A stretch of DNA of 9,029 bases from Octopus sinensis (lineage: Eukaryota): positions 1 through 9,029 of the forward strand of contig NW_021828107.1 in assembly GCF_006345805.1 (NCBI RefSeq), written 5' to 3'. Every line of letters begins with the position of its first letter. Position 1 is the stretch's first letter. Shown here in pieces: positions 7,961-9,029 of the stretch. The notes below the pieces were generated by a model. That model did not search any database, was not told where the DNA came from, and saw only the letters and a list, made by a program, of their open reading frames with translations. The position numbers and the translations under genes were made by a program.

Positions 7961-8415
7961 GCCGAAAATGTCGCTAGAAGTTAGGATCACCAAGCATATT
8001 TCGGTCATATTGGCATATTTCGGTTATATTATGAGGAGAAAATCCCTGGAGAAGGACATCATGCTTGGAATGGTCAGTGGCAAGAGAGGAAGAGGCCGAC
8101 CAATGGAGAAGTTCTTAAGCAGATAAGGCCAAAAATGTCGCTAGAAGCTAGGATCACCAAGCATAGATTGGCATATTTCGGTCATATTAAGAGGAGAAAA
8201 TCCCTGGAGAAGAACATCATGCTCGGAATGGTCAGTGGCAAAAGAGGAAGAGGCCGACCAAGAACCCGCTGGCTTGACACCATCAAGAGTGATACCGGAA
8301 TGGACATGGCCAGTCTGAAGGAAGCGGCCCAGGATAGAACTGACTGGAGGACACTGATCCAACGAGTGACCGAGAGTCGACTTCGACTGAGCGGATAGAT
8401 AGATAGATAGATAGA
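7961..8415 (+). mobile_element. 5'-truncated RTE-clade (BovB-like) LINE 3' end with duplicated 5' segment and (GATA)n tail
   Basis: 8102-8398 encodes NGEVLKQIRPKMSLEARITKHRLAYFGHIKRRKSLEKNIMLGMVSGKRGRGRPRTRWLDTIKSD..AAQDRTDWRTLIQRVTESRLRLSG*, with the hallmark YFGHI.RR, G.R.RGRP..RW.D and DR..WR motifs of RTE C-termini. The stop codon runs directly into (TAGA)n. 7961-8103 duplicates 8128-8261. Confidence 0.92.
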
Positions 8416-8496
8416 GTAATATTTGGGAGACAGGAAACGATGCTGAAGCCTACTATTCACACACATATGCATACAAATACATATAGAAATTTGATG

Positions 8497-8567
8497 AGTC
8501 TGGCACCGGTTTTATCGGTTTCTTTCGTCCAACCGCTAAGTTACGGGGGCATAAACAATTAACACCG
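8497..8567 (-). mobile_element. SINE family B internal fragment
   Basis: The reverse complement reads tgtttatgcccccgtaacttagcggttggacgaaagaaaccgat, matching gtttacgtccctgtaacttagcggttcggc..gagaccgat at 2131-2172. Confidence 0.7.
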
Positions 8568-8780
8568 TTTATTCAGATACTGTCTTTGATGTCTCTGCGT
8601 ACACCACCTGCACAATCCCAGATATCGTAGTATTTCCTTCATTGTGGCTTTCACTTCAATTTTGTAGAGAATTAATTGTTTTGCGATTGGGGTACAGTTT
8701 TTGTAACACTCTACATGCTACGGTCAGCAGAGATCCATAGTAATATTGAATCTCAAGACATAACTGAAAAAGTTAAGCCT

Positions 8781-8867
8781 GTATATATGTGTATGTGTGT
8801 ATATATATTTATATATATATGTGTGTGTGTGTGTGTGCGCGCGTGCGTGCTTGTATATATATCTGTG

Positions 8868-8898
<31 letters not shown>
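8781..8898. repeat. Compound (TA)n/(TG)n microsatellite
   Basis: Direct reading. Confidence 0.92.
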
Positions 8899-9029
8899 AT
8901 CAAAATAAGCAACAAGAATGACTCTGGTAATTTGGTACGATCGTTTCGTACTACATCATTTTATTAAATGTTGTATTACAACAGTTTTAAAATGTTGAGT
9001 ACTCATCAGCCAATTATAGAGGTTTTCCA

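Noticed and set aside
8640-8730. Possible internal exon after acceptor-like ttcaattttgtAG (8666-8667)
   Set aside because: The donor candidates are weak and the peptide (ELIVLRLGYSFCNTLHAT) is unrecognised; not supportable without RNA data.

Overview
AT-rich, microsatellite-saturated, non-coding metazoan DNA. The SINE families look, from memory, like those of octopus/cephalopod genomes (inference, not verified by search). No intact host gene is supported, and nearly all ORF-track entries are translations of simple repeats. The only real protein homologies are two non-LTR retrotransposon 3' ends: a frameshifted restriction-like endonuclease (R4/Dong-type) at 1-459 that ends in a (TAA)n tract, and an RTE/BovB-type C-terminus at 7961-8415 with a microhomology-bounded duplication. 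About eight fragments of two tRNA-derived SINE families are present. The most interesting signals are hammerhead-ribozyme-like motifs of the Penelope-like element (PLE)/retrozyme type. One is a near-complete type I fold (4112-4161) inside a 44-bp-arm inverted repeat. The other is a pair of cores in a ~194-bp tandem dimer (2308-2695, minus strand).
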